A DNA stretch of 60,531 bases from Actinomycetes bacterium (GCA_037139015.1 JBAXHG010000001.1:1-60531); one strand, 5' to 3'. Shown: positions 9,351 through 19,242, numbered from the stretch's first letter. The notes: a model not told the origin generated them from the sequence alone. Translations and numbers: made by a program.

Positions 9351-10046
9351 TCAGCCGTCATCTGGCGAATTATTAGCTGCTCCGCGCGCCTGGCTTTCGG
9401 CTCGCCGCCAGGCCTCTATACGCCCGTGGTCGCCCGAAAGAAGTATCTCCGGAACAGCCCAGTCACGCCAAACCGCCGGTCGCGTGTAATGGGGATATTC
9501 CGGCTGCCCATCCAACGCCGCAGAAAAACTCTCTTCAACAGCGGAGTCAGCGTGACCAAGAACTCCCGGGAGCTTCCGCAGAACCGCGTCACAAAGCGCC
9601 ATTGCCGGAATCTCACCTCCGGCCAGGACAAAACGCCCCAGGGAAACCTGATCAGTGCAGAAGTGCTCGATGATCCGCTCATCAAAGCCCTCATAGCGTC
9701 CACACAGAAGCGTCAGGTCGCTTGAGGCTGAAAGCTCCTCCACTAGCTCCTCATCGAGAACTCTTCCGCCCGGCGTCAAAGCGATGACACGGCGTCCCGG
9801 TGATCCTCCTGCCGGGTCAACTCCATAGCGGTCACGAAGTGCGGACTCAACTACATCGACTCGCAAGACCATCCCTGCCCCGCCACCGAAAGGAGTGTCG
9901 TCGACCTGACGCCCTGTGAGTGTCGTGGAATCCCGATAGTCAATCGCCTCCACCCTGTGGCCGAGCTCCTGCGCATTACGCACATGGTGCTGCGAATTGA
10001 ACCAGGCAAATGAGTCTGGAAAGAGGGTGAAGACGTCAATGTTCAC
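9351..10046 (-). CDS. trmD: tRNA (guanine37-N1)-methyltransferase
   Basis: [10 protein letters not shown] start, [34 protein letters not shown] trefoil-knot motifs. Confidence 0.95.
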   Translation of the reverse strand: MNIDVFTLFPDSFAWFNSQHHVRNAQELGHRVEAIDYRDSTTLTGRQVDDTPFGGGAGMVLRVDVVESALRDRYGVDPAGGSPGRRVIALTPGGRVLDEELVEELSASSDLTLLCGRYEGFDERIIEHFCTDQVSLGRFVLAGGEIPAMALCDAVLRKLPGVLGHADSAVEESFSAALDGQPEYPHYTRPAVWRDWAVPEILLSGDHGRIEAWRRAESQARGAANNSPDDG

Positions 10047-10546
10047 TCTGGAGCCTCACCAAGGAACTTGAGATCAACATCGATTCTTTTGGCCGGGACG
10101 TCAACACTGCGGAGGGCATCACCGACCATCGGAACAAGCAACTGGTTCCCGACTGCCCGGTCGACCGCCAGCACCTCGCACGAAGGAAGCCCGATCAGGT
10201 CAACCACGACGCCAACCTCGAAATCTCCGTCAAAGACCGTGCAGCCAATGAGCTCCGCGGCCCACCACTCATCCTCGCCTAGCTCGGGAACCGACTCGAG
10301 CGCAACCTCAATGATCGAGCCACGAAGTTCGTCGGCGTCCTCTCGGCGGGAGGATCCTCTGAGCCGAATGATCGGCTTTGCGGGAGTGCCTGAAACTCGC
10401 TCAATCGTGCGCTCTTCTCCGTCCACAAGCACCAGACCACCCTTCTTCAGGAGACCGGGTACCGCCTCGGCAACCTTTACGGAGCCGTCGAGACCGTGAG
10501 GGGAGCTAATCCTCCCCGCGCGGGCGTTAATTGGCCCAGCGGCCAT
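10043..10546 (-). CDS. rimM: 16S rRNA processing protein RimM
   Basis: GRISSPHGLDGSVKV N-terminal barrel, PRC-barrel C-terminus, conserved position between the KH protein and trmD. 4-nt overlap with trmD. Confidence 0.9.
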   Translation of the reverse strand: MAAGPINARAGRISSPHGLDGSVKVAEAVPGLLKKGGLVLVDGEERTIERVSGTPAKPIIRLRGSSRREDADELRGSIIEVALESVPELGEDEWWAAELIGCTVFDGDFEVGVVVDLIGLPSCEVLAVDRAVGNQLLVPMVGDALRSVDVPAKRIDVDLKFLGEAPE

Positions 10547-10554
10547 CTACTCAG

Positions 10555-10788
10555 TCAGTCGATGATGTCGACGAAGACACGGTGACCCTCTGGGGCAGCG
10601 GCCTTGACAAGTGTTCGAAGTGCCTGAGCTGTCCGACCATCCCGGCCGATCACACGGCCATAGTCATCATCGGCAACACTGAGTTCGAGGACGATGGCCC
10701 CGTCCTCCTCTGCCTGACTGACCTTCACTGCATCAGGGCTTTCGACTACGGCAGAAGCCAGAGTCTCAAGAAGTTCGCGAACGTCCAC
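10555..10788 (-). CDS. KH-domain RNA-binding protein (YlqC/UPF0109 family)
   Basis: 77 aa. GRVIGRDGRTAQALRTLV is a KH GxxG-type motif. Canonical position between rpsP and rimM. Confidence 0.8.
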   Translation of the reverse strand: MDVRELLETLASAVVESPDAVKVSQAEEDGAIVLELSVADDDYGRVIGRDGRTAQALRTLVKAAAPEGHRVFVDIID

Positions 10789-10796
10789 GGGAATGC

Positions 10797-11051
10797 CTAG
10801 CGGGCGTTTGGATCAATGCCCTGGATCCGCATGAGGCGCCGAACTGCTGCTGTTGGCTGCGCTCCCTTGGACATCCAGTCCTTGATCCGGTCCTCGTCGA
10901 GGCTAATCGACGATGGCTCGGTCTGGGCGTTGTATTGCCCAACAGTCTCGAGGATGCGTCCATCGCGCGGTGCGCGCTGATCAGCAGCAACAACCCGCCA
11001 TACAGGGTTCTTGTGGCTGCCTACGCGTGTGAGTCGGATTCTTACTGACAT
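10797..11051 (-). CDS. rpsP: 30S ribosomal protein S16
   Basis: MSVRIRLTRVGSHKNPVWRVVAADQRAPRDGRILETVGQYNA is a textbook S16 N-terminus. Confidence 0.95.
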   Translation of the reverse strand: MSVRIRLTRVGSHKNPVWRVVAADQRAPRDGRILETVGQYNAQTEPSSISLDEDRIKDWMSKGAQPTAAVRRLMRIQGIDPNAR

Positions 11052-11141
11052 AGTTAGTCGCCCCCACTCGTAAGCAGGACCGTTCCGAGAGAGTAGCGGT
11101 CGGAGGCATCTTCATGCTTCCTGGGCAAGATCAGGTGCTCT

Positions 11142-11576
11142 TTATTCACTGACAACAGCAGTCGCGCCGCGGAGCTCAACCACGTGAACGCGCGTACCAG
11201 GCTCAATTACTGTGCCGTCCTGCCAAGTCCTTGCCGTCCAGATCTCACCATCGATGCGCACACAGCCAACAGCCTCCTGGTTGACTATTCGCTCAACAAC
11301 CACACCAGGTCTCCCGACGAGCGTGCCGGCGCCCGCCCGGGTGCGGGTCTCGTCAGCCCCACTGGACCGGAGAGCCGGACGAATGACCCAGCGGCCGAGT
11401 ACCAGCACCAACAGAAAAACAAAGATCGAAACAAGAATGCCACCACCAAGGGTGTCGGCTCCCGCGGCGAGTAGGCCGGCAACAGCAACAGGAACCGGAG
11501 AGACGAGCTTTCTCCGGAACGCGATCACGCCGGCGATCAGCGCGACAAAAATCCAAAAGATTGACATGACAGTCAT
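11142..11576 (-). CDS. NfeD-family membrane protein (TM helices plus C-terminal OB-fold)
   Basis: 144 aa. Two or three N-terminal hydrophobic helices followed by GRPGVVVERIVNQEAVGCVRIDGEIWTARTW...GTRVHVVELRGATAVV, which is the NfeD C-terminal beta-barrel pattern. Confidence 0.7.
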   Translation of the reverse strand: MTVMSIFWIFVALIAGVIAFRRKLVSPVPVAVAGLLAAGADTLGGGILVSIFVFLLVLVLGRWVIRPALRSSGADETRTRAGAGTLVGRPGVVVERIVNQEAVGCVRIDGEIWTARTWQDGTVIEPGTRVHVVELRGATAVVSE

Positions 11577-11623
11577 GAGTTGGATGAGCGTAGCGGGGCT
11601 CAGAGGGCCCTCGCAGCCCGGGC

Positions 11624-14600
11624 TCAGGCGACAGCCTGCTCCAGCTCTGCTTCGGTGAGCCTTCTGGAGACAACCTTGGATACTCCGTCGCCACCCATGG
11701 AGACTCCATAAAGCGAGTCGGCTGCCTCCATCGTTCTTCTCTGATGGGTCACGACAATGAACTGCGCCTGGCCACGGTAGGCACGGAGAAGCTCTAGGAA
11801 GCGACCAAGGTTGAGATCGTCCAACGCAGCCTCAACCTCGTCAAGGATGTAGAAGGGACAAGGCTTGGCAAGGAAAACGGCAAAAAGGAATGCAATCGCG
11901 GTCATTGACTTTTCTCCACCAGAGAGAAGAGTCAAGCGCTTCATTGTTTTGCCGGCCGGTGTGATCTCGATCTCCACTCCGAAGCCAGGGCCGTCTGAGT
12001 CAAGTTCCTCTTCCGCAGGTTCGGCCTCAGCCTCTCCCTCTGGTGACTCCTGCTCCTCTCCCCCAAGCTGAAGCTTCTTCGGGGCCTCCTCAGTAACAAG
12101 CCGGAGCCGTCCTCCTCCTCCAGGGAACAGCTGCGCTGAGAGCTGCTCAAAGTTCTTGCTGGCTGCCTCAAAGGTCTCCTCAAAGGTTTCCTTGATCGTT
12201 CGGTCACAGTCCCGAACAAAGCCCCTCAGCTCCTTCAGAGCATCCTCCAGGTCCTTACGCTGTGTCTCCAGCTCCTCAAGATGCTCCAGTGCAGCCGCAT
12301 ATTCGTCTGCCGCCAGCGGATTGACGGGCCCAAGCTGAATCCTTCTCTTCTCAAGCCGTTCAATCCGCCCGAGCAAGGCCTCGCGTTCCTCCTCGCTGAG
12401 GGCCTCCGCAGCTGGCCCGTCTTCAAGGCCAAGTGCGCTCGAGAGTTCTCTCACCTCAGCCGCGGACTCGTCGCGTCTATCTCGGAGGCGCTGTGACTCC
12501 ACCTCCGCAACGGTCACGGACTCTGCCGTCTTGGCAATCTTCGCCTGCAGCTCTGCCTCTGCCGCTGCCAGGCTCCGGAGGAGAGATGCCACACCGTCTC
12601 CCTGTTCGCTGTCACCCGCCATCTCTTGATCCAAGGCGTTCCGAAGTGGCTCGAGCACAGCGCGGGTTCCATCAAGAGCCGCAATGGCCGCGGCGATGGT
12701 GGGGGTTCGGTCCCGATCCAGCCGCATCCGCTCTGCCAAGGCTGCCATTCGGCTGCGGGCGCCATCGCGCTCATCCGCCATCCGGGCAGCAATCCGGTGC
12801 TCGGCGGCCAGCTCTGCGGCTACCTCTGCACGCTCAACGGCAACTGGGCCAGCCTGAGGGGACTCAGTTCGAGTCTTGATCTGCCACTCAGCCCTGCGCA
12901 CTGCTTCCTTCGTCTCATCGGCTGCCCTCACGAGCTCCAGTTTGGACGTGAGCGCGGCCTCGGTGGCTGCGGCCAGCTCCTCCTGGCGTGCCCGGGCAGA
13001 AACCAGGGCCACATCCAGCGCCTCAAGCGACGAACGGCTCGTCTCAACGGTTGACAGGACACCAGCCCTGCGGTTTCTCTCCTGAAGGACACGGCCCGCG
13101 CCCCCGGCTGGAACCTGCCTCAGCTCCCCTGTTGAAGCAGACCACGCTCGGCCTGAATTGGTCACCGCAGTGCCCCGGAAATCAGTTGCGACAAGATCAA
13201 GGGTCTCCACCAGCCAAGCGTCAGCCAACAGAGCACGGGCAAGCCCGGCCTCGCTCGACGTGCCAGAAACCATTGGCCCAAGAGGCCTTGCTCCCGGGCA
13301 AGGAGACTCCTGAACCTCAGCTGCTGGCATGGAGCTGGCAATGATCGCCGCTCCGCCGTAGACACCAGCGCCGTCAAGTAAAGCTCCACCCTCCGCAAAG
13401 TCAGCGACGACAGCAGAGCTGAGACGAGTTCCCAAAGCCGCCGCGACAGCAGCTTCATATCCGGGCTCCACTGTGAGCGCATCAGCAAGGGAGCGCTTCC
13501 CGGTAACCGCGCCGCCATTTGCCCTCAGGAACTCATCAAGCGCGGCAAGCTCCGACTCTGCCTTTGCAACATCACTGCGAGCCTGATCAACGGCCCGCTG
13601 GGCTGTACCAACGGCCTCCCTGGCCTCGGCCTGACGCTCTGAGGCACCTGAAGCTCCGGAAACGGCGGCATCTGCCTGGCTAATTGCAAGCTCAGAGGCC
13701 GAGCGCGCAGCAGTGAGCTCAAGATCCAAGTCGGCCATCTCCCCAGCTCGCTCCTTGGCCAACTCAGCGTCGAGTGCCTCGACACGCGTCGCCAGAGCTG
13801 CACGGCGCTCTGCCTGAGGATCCTCATGACCGTTACTGGCGAGCCGTTCAGCTTCGGTCAGCTCTTCAGTGTCGCTCTGGATACGGCCCTCAATTACGCC
13901 ATGGGAGGAGCGCAGGGACACAACACGTTCCTCTATGCGCTCCATCGCGTTACGGACGGCATAGGTCCGTCGGGTAAGAGCATCTCTAACTTGCGCTCTG
14001 CTCGCGAGAGCGTCCTCAGCCTCTGCGCGCTGCTTTGCCACCTGCCCAGCCTCTTCGGCAAGACGGGCGCGCTCAGTTCGTGCAGAACCCGCGCTGGCTT
14101 CTGCAGTCGAAAGGTCAGCGAGACGCTGACGCAGCGCGTCCTTGCCCATAGACCAGCGAGATTCAAGAGTTTGACGCTCAAGCCGAGCGTGGATCTCCGC
14201 AGCCTCGGCCTGGCGTTTCAAGGGGCGCAGGTGTGCCCTGGCCTCCCGCTCCACATCAAGGGCACGGTCGAGGTTCTCCCTGGTGCGGTCAAGCTTGAGC
14301 TGCGCGCGCCTGCGACGACGGCGGTGCTTTCCAAGGCCCGCAGCCTCTTCAATCAGAAGGCGCCTATCTCTTGGCTTGGAGGTGACAATTGCTTCGACGC
14401 GACCTTGGCCAACGACCGAATGGCCTTCCTTGCCAAGTCCACTGTCGGAAAGAATCTCGAGTACATCGCTCATCCGGCATCTGGCCCCATTGAGGCGATA
14501 TTCGCCCTCACCGGAACGATCGAGACGCCGAAGAATCGAAACTTCAGCTGAGGGGACTGCCATCCCACCATCAGAGTTGTCAAACACAAGCTCAACCTCA

Positions 14601-14833
14601 GCCGACCGTGCGGCCTGGCGCCCGTGGCCTCCAGCGAAGATTACGTCCTGCATGGATTGCCCTCGAACAGCCAAGGGCGACTGTTCTCCCATGGCCCAGA
14701 GGACCGCGTCGGTCACATTTGACTTGCCTGAACCGTTGGGGCCCACAACGACGCTCACGCCGGGCGCAAACTCGAGCGCAGTTCGATCGGGAAAGGACTT
14801 GAAGCCCTTCATGGAGATCGACTTGAGTCTCAT
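11624..14833 (-). CDS. smc: Chromosome partition protein SMC
   Basis: MRLKSISMKGFKSFPDRT...GPNGSGKSN Walker A, long coiled coils, a hinge, and C-terminal LSGGEKSMTAIAFLFA...YILDEVEAALDD. Start moved to ATG 14833 (M31 of the track ORF), just after the rnc stop. Confidence 0.95.
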   Translation of the reverse strand: MRLKSISMKGFKSFPDRTALEFAPGVSVVVGPNGSGKSNVTDAVLWAMGEQSPLAVRGQSMQDVIFAGGHGRQAARSAEVELVFDNSDGGMAVPSAEVSILRRLDRSGEGEYRLNGARCRMSDVLEILSDSGLGKEGHSVVGQGRVEAIVTSKPRDRRLLIEEAAGLGKHRRRRRRAQLKLDRTRENLDRALDVEREARAHLRPLKRQAEAAEIHARLERQTLESRWSMGKDALRQRLADLSTAEASAGSARTERARLAEEAGQVAKQRAEAEDALASRAQVRDALTRRTYAVRNAMERIEERVVSLRSSHGVIEGRIQSDTEELTEAERLASNGHEDPQAERRAALATRVEALDAELAKERAGEMADLDLELTAARSASELAISQADAAVSGASGASERQAEAREAVGTAQRAVDQARSDVAKAESELAALDEFLRANGGAVTGKRSLADALTVEPGYEAAVAAALGTRLSSAVVADFAEGGALLDGAGVYGGAAIIASSMPAAEVQESPCPGARPLGPMVSGTSSEAGLARALLADAWLVETLDLVATDFRGTAVTNSGRAWSASTGELRQVPAGGAGRVLQERNRRAGVLSTVETSRSSLEALDVALVSARARQEELAAATEAALTSKLELVRAADETKEAVRRAEWQIKTRTESPQAGPVAVERAEVAAELAAEHRIAARMADERDGARSRMAALAERMRLDRDRTPTIAAAIAALDGTRAVLEPLRNALDQEMAGDSEQGDGVASLLRSLAAAEAELQAKIAKTAESVTVAEVESQRLRDRRDESAAEVRELSSALGLEDGPAAEALSEEEREALLGRIERLEKRRIQLGPVNPLAADEYAAALEHLEELETQRKDLEDALKELRGFVRDCDRTIKETFEETFEAASKNFEQLSAQLFPGGGGRLRLVTEEAPKKLQLGGEEQESPEGEAEAEPAEEELDSDGPGFGVEIEITPAGKTMKRLTLLSGGEKSMTAIAFLFAVFLAKPCPFYILDEVEAALDDLNLGRFLELLRAYRGQAQFIVVTHQRRTMEAADSLYGVSMGGDGVSKVVSRRLTEAELEQAVA

Positions 14834-14837
14834 CCCA

Positions 14838-15518
14838 TCAATCCTCGCCGTATAGAGCCGCAAGTGCATCGACTGCGGCTGCAGTTTCCGCGATTTTCTT
14901 GCTTGAACCCTCTCCCTGCCCAATCACAGTTGACTCGGGCTCCCGGATCGCGTCGGCGTGAAATGTTGGTGCGTGAGGTGGCCCGGAAGGCTCTGGGCTC
15001 TGGTAACGAACGGTAGAACCTCTCCGGGCTAAAAGTTCCTGAAGTTCCGACTTCGCCTCTACTGGATGTGCCGCAGCCCTTTCCAGCTCTGGACCGAAGC
15101 TTTCGATCACAGCTACGGCAGTTCTTTCTGGTCCCTCGGTCTCCCAACACACCGCAATCATTGCCTCAAGCATGGACGCCAAAGGCTTTCCGCCCGCGAC
15201 GAAACCCTCCGCTTGCTCTCTATGGCCCTCTGGGGCTAGGCGCACGGCCGTGTCATCGAGCCCAATCCGTTTCGCAACCGCACGCAGCGTGTCGTCCGAA
15301 ACGACGCTCGCTCTGATCCGTGTCATAACTCCGGGGCTCATTTCCTGCGGGGTGAACAGACGATCAAGGTGTTGAGTGACGATCAGATCAAGCAGGGTGT
15401 CACCAACGAAAGCGAGCCGCTCATAGCTGTTGCTGCGCGGTCGGGCCCAAGAGGCGTGCGCCGTCGCCCTTCCCAGTTGATCATCCGGGAGAGCCTCCAA
15501 CAGATCGTGCAGATCCAC
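14838..15518 (-). CDS. rnc: Ribonuclease III
   Basis: RNase III signature ERLAFVGDTLLDLIV and a C-terminal dsRBD (GPPHAPTF...GEGSSKKIAETAAA). Confidence 0.9.
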   Translation of the reverse strand: MDLHDLLEALPDDQLGRATAHASWARPRSNSYERLAFVGDTLLDLIVTQHLDRLFTPQEMSPGVMTRIRASVVSDDTLRAVAKRIGLDDTAVRLAPEGHREQAEGFVAGGKPLASMLEAMIAVCWETEGPERTAVAVIESFGPELERAAAHPVEAKSELQELLARRGSTVRYQSPEPSGPPHAPTFHADAIREPESTVIGQGEGSSKKIAETAAAVDALAALYGED

Positions 15519-15524
15519 TGAGGC

Positions 15525-15782
15525 TCAGCCGCCGCTCTCGCCGCCGGCTTCGGCAAGAATCACGTCGACTGCCTGCCCAACGGTTTCAATCTCCGCAGCC
15601 CGCTCATCGCTGATCTTGACTCCGAGGCGGTCCTCAACCTCCTGGAGCAGGGTGTAAAGGTCGAGCGAATCAGCTTCCAGGTCATCCCTCAAATTGCTCT
15701 CAACGGTTATCCCAGAGGGGTCCAACCCGAGCTCTTCAGCCAGATGGGATTGAACAAGATTTAGGACGTCTTCGCGCTTCAT
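15525..15782 (-). CDS. acpP: Acyl carrier protein
   Basis: 85 aa from ATG 15782 (AAGGGTGGAA SD upstream). Phosphopantetheine site LEADSLDLYTLL (DSL). Confidence 0.85.
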   Translation of the reverse strand: MKREDVLNLVQSHLAEELGLDPSGITVESNLRDDLEADSLDLYTLLQEVEDRLGVKISDERAAEIETVGQAVDVILAEAGGESGG

Positions 15783-15819
15783 TTCCACCCTTGAAGCTAA
15801 TGGAAGAAGCGGATGCCGC

Positions 15820-16812
15820 TCAGGAACCTCGGAGAACTCCTGCTGATGCCAGAGCGGCATGGGTTCTGCCCACAGCATCAGAGCGAACGGCCTCGGCAGC
15901 AATCTCAATTGCTCTGCCATAGCCGACACGACCGAACCTTCCATGCGGCACTACTGCAACCTTCCGAAGACCCAACAGGTGCGCCCCTCCGTGAGACTCG
16001 GGGTCAAGCTGGTCACGAAGCCCGCCAAGCGCCGGCTTCAGAAGCAACGCTCCCGCTGCTGCTCTGGCATCCGATGAGGCAGCGCTGCGGATCGCGTTCA
16101 CAACTGCGCTTGACACACCCTCCATGAGCTTCAGGGCGACGTTGCCAGTGAATCCATCAGTAACGATCACATCGGCCCGACCGTCAGCGATCCCGACCCC
16201 CTCAACATTCCCAACAAACGAAAGCCTCTCGTCGGCAGCAAGCAAAGCATGAGCCTGGATTACCTCAGGAGTGCCCCGCGTGGGTTCCTCTCCATTGGAA
16301 AGAAGAGCAACCCGCGGCTTCTCCATGCCGAACACGGCCTGTCCAAAAGCTGATCCCATATGAGCATGCTGGACCAACCGCTCCACGCGAACCTCAGTAC
16401 TGGCGCCAACGTCGAGCAGCAGAACGGGAGCTCCCGGCACCGGAACGAGCAGGGCAAGAGCCGGACGGTGAACGCCCGGGAGACGCCGAATGTGAAGGAC
16501 ACCGGCCGCAAGTGCTGCACCCGTGGATCCCCCGGAGACAAAAGCATCCGCCTCACCCGAGGCAACAGCCCTGGCCGCCTGAACTACTGAGGAGTCAGGG
16601 GAGGTACGCACAGCTGCTGCTGGGTCAGCAACCTTGGCAATTGAAAGTGGAGCGTGCCTAACCTCAACCCCTTGGGGAACCGACCCAACCTGGTCCTCAT
16701 CGGCAAACAGAATGACCCGGATGTTGCCTGACCTCACGGCCTCAGCTGCACCAGCCGCAACCTCAGCGGCGCCCTTGTCGGCACCACCAGCGTCAACAGC
16801 GACAGTGATCAT
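15820..16812 (-). CDS. plsX: Phosphate acyltransferase PlsX
   Basis: MITVAVDAGGADKGA start, VSGGSTGA, VTDGFTGNVALK. Conserved rpmF-plsX pairing. Confidence 0.95.
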   Translation of the reverse strand: MITVAVDAGGADKGAAEVAAGAAEAVRSGNIRVILFADEDQVGSVPQGVEVRHAPLSIAKVADPAAAVRTSPDSSVVQAARAVASGEADAFVSGGSTGAALAAGVLHIRRLPGVHRPALALLVPVPGAPVLLLDVGASTEVRVERLVQHAHMGSAFGQAVFGMEKPRVALLSNGEEPTRGTPEVIQAHALLAADERLSFVGNVEGVGIADGRADVIVTDGFTGNVALKLMEGVSSAVVNAIRSAASSDARAAAGALLLKPALGGLRDQLDPESHGGAHLLGLRKVAVVPHGRFGRVGYGRAIEIAAEAVRSDAVGRTHAALASAGVLRGS

Positions 16813-16823
16813 CGCGCCTCCGG

Positions 16824-17000
16824 TCAGGAGCCGGCGATTACCTGACGGCCACCATAGGTGCCGCAGGATGGGCAGACCCGGTGTGGAACACGAGGGGCTC
16901 CACAGGACTCACATGCGTGAACTGTCGGCACTGCAGCACGATGCTGCGCGCGACGCTTGGCCGTTCGTGAATGTGATTGTTTTTGTTTCGGGACTGCCAT
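16824..17000 (-). CDS. rpmF: 50S ribosomal protein L32 (Zn-ribbon C+ form)
   Basis: Hand translation gives MAVPKQKQSHSRTAKRRAQHRAAVPTVHACESCGAPRVPHRVCPSCGTYGGRQVIAGS* (58 aa, below the ORF-track cutoff). MAVPK(R/Q)K.S is the classic L32 start. It sits between yceD and plsX as expected. Confidence 0.9.
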   Translation of the reverse strand: MAVPKQKQSHSRTAKRRAQHRAAVPTVHACESCGAPRVPHRVCPSCGTYGGRQVIAGS

Positions 17001-17032
17001 GGTGGCTGCAGACTACCAGCGTTTGCCGCTGA

Positions 17033-17560
17033 TCACTCGCTCAGGTCTCGAAGTGCCGCCCACCTTGGGTCTGGCGGCTTCTCGTGATGGTGCTCCGGGC
17101 CCGCAGTGGCGAGCCTCACTCCGCACTCCTCACAGAGTCCAGGACAGTTGGAATGACAGAGGATTGAGCCCGGAATCGCGAGCACAACCGAATCTCTCAG
17201 CCATGACTTCACATCAAGAATCTCTTCGGCATCCAAGTAGGGAGAATCCAGTTCGTCTCCACCCCCAGGCGCGCTTACCTCTCTGGCCTCAACCTTGACC
17301 TTTGGCGCGGCCGGGGCCAGACAGCGTGTGCACGGGCCTTCAAACTCAACCTCACCTGCAATGCGGAACGCCCACCCGTCGCCAACCGTCCGGGAGACCT
17401 CCAGAGCGATCGGGAAGCTGCTTTGAGATGCGGCGTAGCTGTTGCCTCCCAACTCAAGCGGCTCAAGTTCAACATCGAGTGACATCCTGCGTCCCTCACC
17501 TGGAGCCATCAAAAGGGCTGCGAGGTCTACATGTCCGTTCTCAAGCGGGGCGGGTTCCAT
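17033..17560 (-). CDS. yceD: YceD/DUF177 family protein (23S rRNA accumulation protein)
   Basis: Acidic 175-aa protein with C-terminal CHSNCPGLCEECG (CxxC-type). Canonical position immediately upstream of rpmF. Confidence 0.8.
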   Translation of the reverse strand: MEPAPLENGHVDLAALLMAPGEGRRMSLDVELEPLELGGNSYAASQSSFPIALEVSRTVGDGWAFRIAGEVEFEGPCTRCLAPAAPKVKVEAREVSAPGGGDELDSPYLDAEEILDVKSWLRDSVVLAIPGSILCHSNCPGLCEECGVRLATAGPEHHHEKPPDPRWAALRDLSE

Positions 17561-17577
17561 CGTCTGAGCCTAGCCGC

Positions 17578-19188
17578 TTAGAGCTCGCTGATCCGCCGAC
17601 GGAGAATCTTTCCTGTCGCGGTCCTGGGGAGCTCCTCAAGGAAGAGAATCTCTCGGGGGACTTTGTACCTTGCGAGTTCAAGCTTGACATGTTCTGTGAG
17701 TTCCTCGGCTGTAACAGAGGCGCCGGGTTCAAGTACGACCGCAGCCCTGAGGCGTTGTCCGAAATCTGGATCCGGAACTCCGACCACCGCAGCTTCCTTG
17801 ACTCCCTGATGGGAATTGATGCAGTCCTCAACCTCTTCAGGGAAGACATTTTCGCCACCGGAGATGATCATGTCGTCGTCTCGCCCCTCAACGAAGAGCC
17901 TTCCTCCGTCATCGAAGCGACCGACATCACCAGTGCTCATCATTCCCTCGAGCACTTCCTTGCCGCCACCGCCGGTGTATCCCTCAAAGAGCATGTCATT
18001 CGCTACAAAGATTCTTCCTCGCTCGCCCTGTGGAACCTCAAGTCCTTCCTCGTCCACCAAGACGACGTTCACTCCACGAGGCGGCCGCCCAGCTGTCCCG
18101 GGAGCTGCAAGAAGATCCTCTGGTGTGGCAATCGTTGCCCATGCCACTTCAGTTGAGCCATAGAGGTTGTGAAGCACGGGCCCGAACTGGTCCATGGCCG
18201 CCTTTCCAAGTTCGGCTGACAGTGCCGACCCGCTCGCAGCAATAATCTTGAGTGTCCCGGGTGCGACTGTCTTGCTCGAAGCAGGAAGGTCCAGTATCCG
18301 CTTCAGCATCACGGGAACCACGACAAGCGCAGAGGCGTCGAACCTGTTGACATCCTCAACCACCTGCGTCGGGTCAAACCTGCGCCTGAGGACGATCGTC
18401 GACCCGAGTGCCGTCGCGAAACTCAGGTGGGCAAATCCCCACGAGTGGAAGAGCGGAGCTGCGATAACTGTGACCTCCCCTGCGCGCAGGGGGATCTTCT
18501 CCAAGAGACCGGCGATATCAAGCATGGATGGCGTCTTGCCTCGCTTGGCTCCCTTGGGCGTACCAGTGGTGCCCGAGGTGAGAATGACCGTTCGGCCGGG
18601 TGCTTGGGGCACTGGAGGATCGTTCTTGGAGGCCGAAGCGACAAAGGAGTCGATGCTGTCCCGCCCAGGGGCTTCAGACGCTCCCCAGGCAAGAAGAGTT
18701 GGTCCTGTCACTCCTGAAGATTCAACCTTCTCGTCAAATTCAAGGTCGTGAATCAATCCAACAACGCCCTCACGCTCGACGACTCCCTGAATCTGGGGAG
18801 CTGCAAATGAGGTGTTCAGCAAAACAAGATCGGCGCCGATGCGGGCGATGGCACCGACTGCGACGACAAAGTCAGCCTGGTCACGCATCATCACCGCGAC
18901 TGCGTCCCCGGCCTTGATGCCCCTGTCTGCAAGAGCTCTGCTGAGTGCCCCAGCCCGATCGCTCAGCTCTGACCACGTGTAGACCCCGCCGTCATCAATC
19001 ACAGCGAGCCTTCCTCCATGCCTTGCAGCAGCAACCTCAAGTGCAGCGGCTGGAGTCGCCCCATACTTACGCAGCGCTGACACAGCCCTGAACGTCCGGT
19101 CCGGACGGTCAATGCCGACCAGCCCGGACGAAATCAGGGTTGAAATCCCGGCCAGGCCGCGCTGAATCTTGTCAGAAGTTTCGCTCAT
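17578..19188 (-). CDS. AMP-dependent synthetase/ligase (acyl-CoA synthetase-like)
   Basis: AMP-binding motif ILTSGTTGTPKGA, STGDVGRFDDGGRLFVEGRDDDMIISGGENV, C-terminal LPRTATGKILRR. Confidence 0.85.
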   Translation of the reverse strand: MSETSDKIQRGLAGISTLISSGLVGIDRPDRTFRAVSALRKYGATPAAALEVAAARHGGRLAVIDDGGVYTWSELSDRAGALSRALADRGIKAGDAVAVMMRDQADFVVAVGAIARIGADLVLLNTSFAAPQIQGVVEREGVVGLIHDLEFDEKVESSGVTGPTLLAWGASEAPGRDSIDSFVASASKNDPPVPQAPGRTVILTSGTTGTPKGAKRGKTPSMLDIAGLLEKIPLRAGEVTVIAAPLFHSWGFAHLSFATALGSTIVLRRRFDPTQVVEDVNRFDASALVVVPVMLKRILDLPASSKTVAPGTLKIIAASGSALSAELGKAAMDQFGPVLHNLYGSTEVAWATIATPEDLLAAPGTAGRPPRGVNVVLVDEEGLEVPQGERGRIFVANDMLFEGYTGGGGKEVLEGMMSTGDVGRFDDGGRLFVEGRDDDMIISGGENVFPEEVEDCINSHQGVKEAAVVGVPDPDFGQRLRAAVVLEPGASVTAEELTEHVKLELARYKVPREILFLEELPRTATGKILRRRISEL

Positions 19189-19242
19189 GTTGAGCAGAAC
19201 CTACAGCGGCCGGGACGGTGAGTGTCCACCGACTGTCAGCCG

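Noticed and set aside
13826-14551. 241-aa plus-strand ORF inside smc. Similar long antisense ORFs occur at 2702-3517, 6517-7116, 17302-18156, 35901-36755, 39120-40016, 44132-44935, 44961-45788 and 49824-50216.
   Set aside because: All lie entirely within strongly supported genes on the other strand. They have Arg/Ser/Pro-biased translations and no motifs, so they are classic GC-rich shadow ORFs.
11624-14833. SMC together with ScpA/ScpB (46166-47760) considered as a Wadjet/condensin-like defence system.
   Set aside because: The genes sit in canonical housekeeping contexts (rnc-smc, scpA-scpB). They are not clustered together and have no JetD/Toprim partner.
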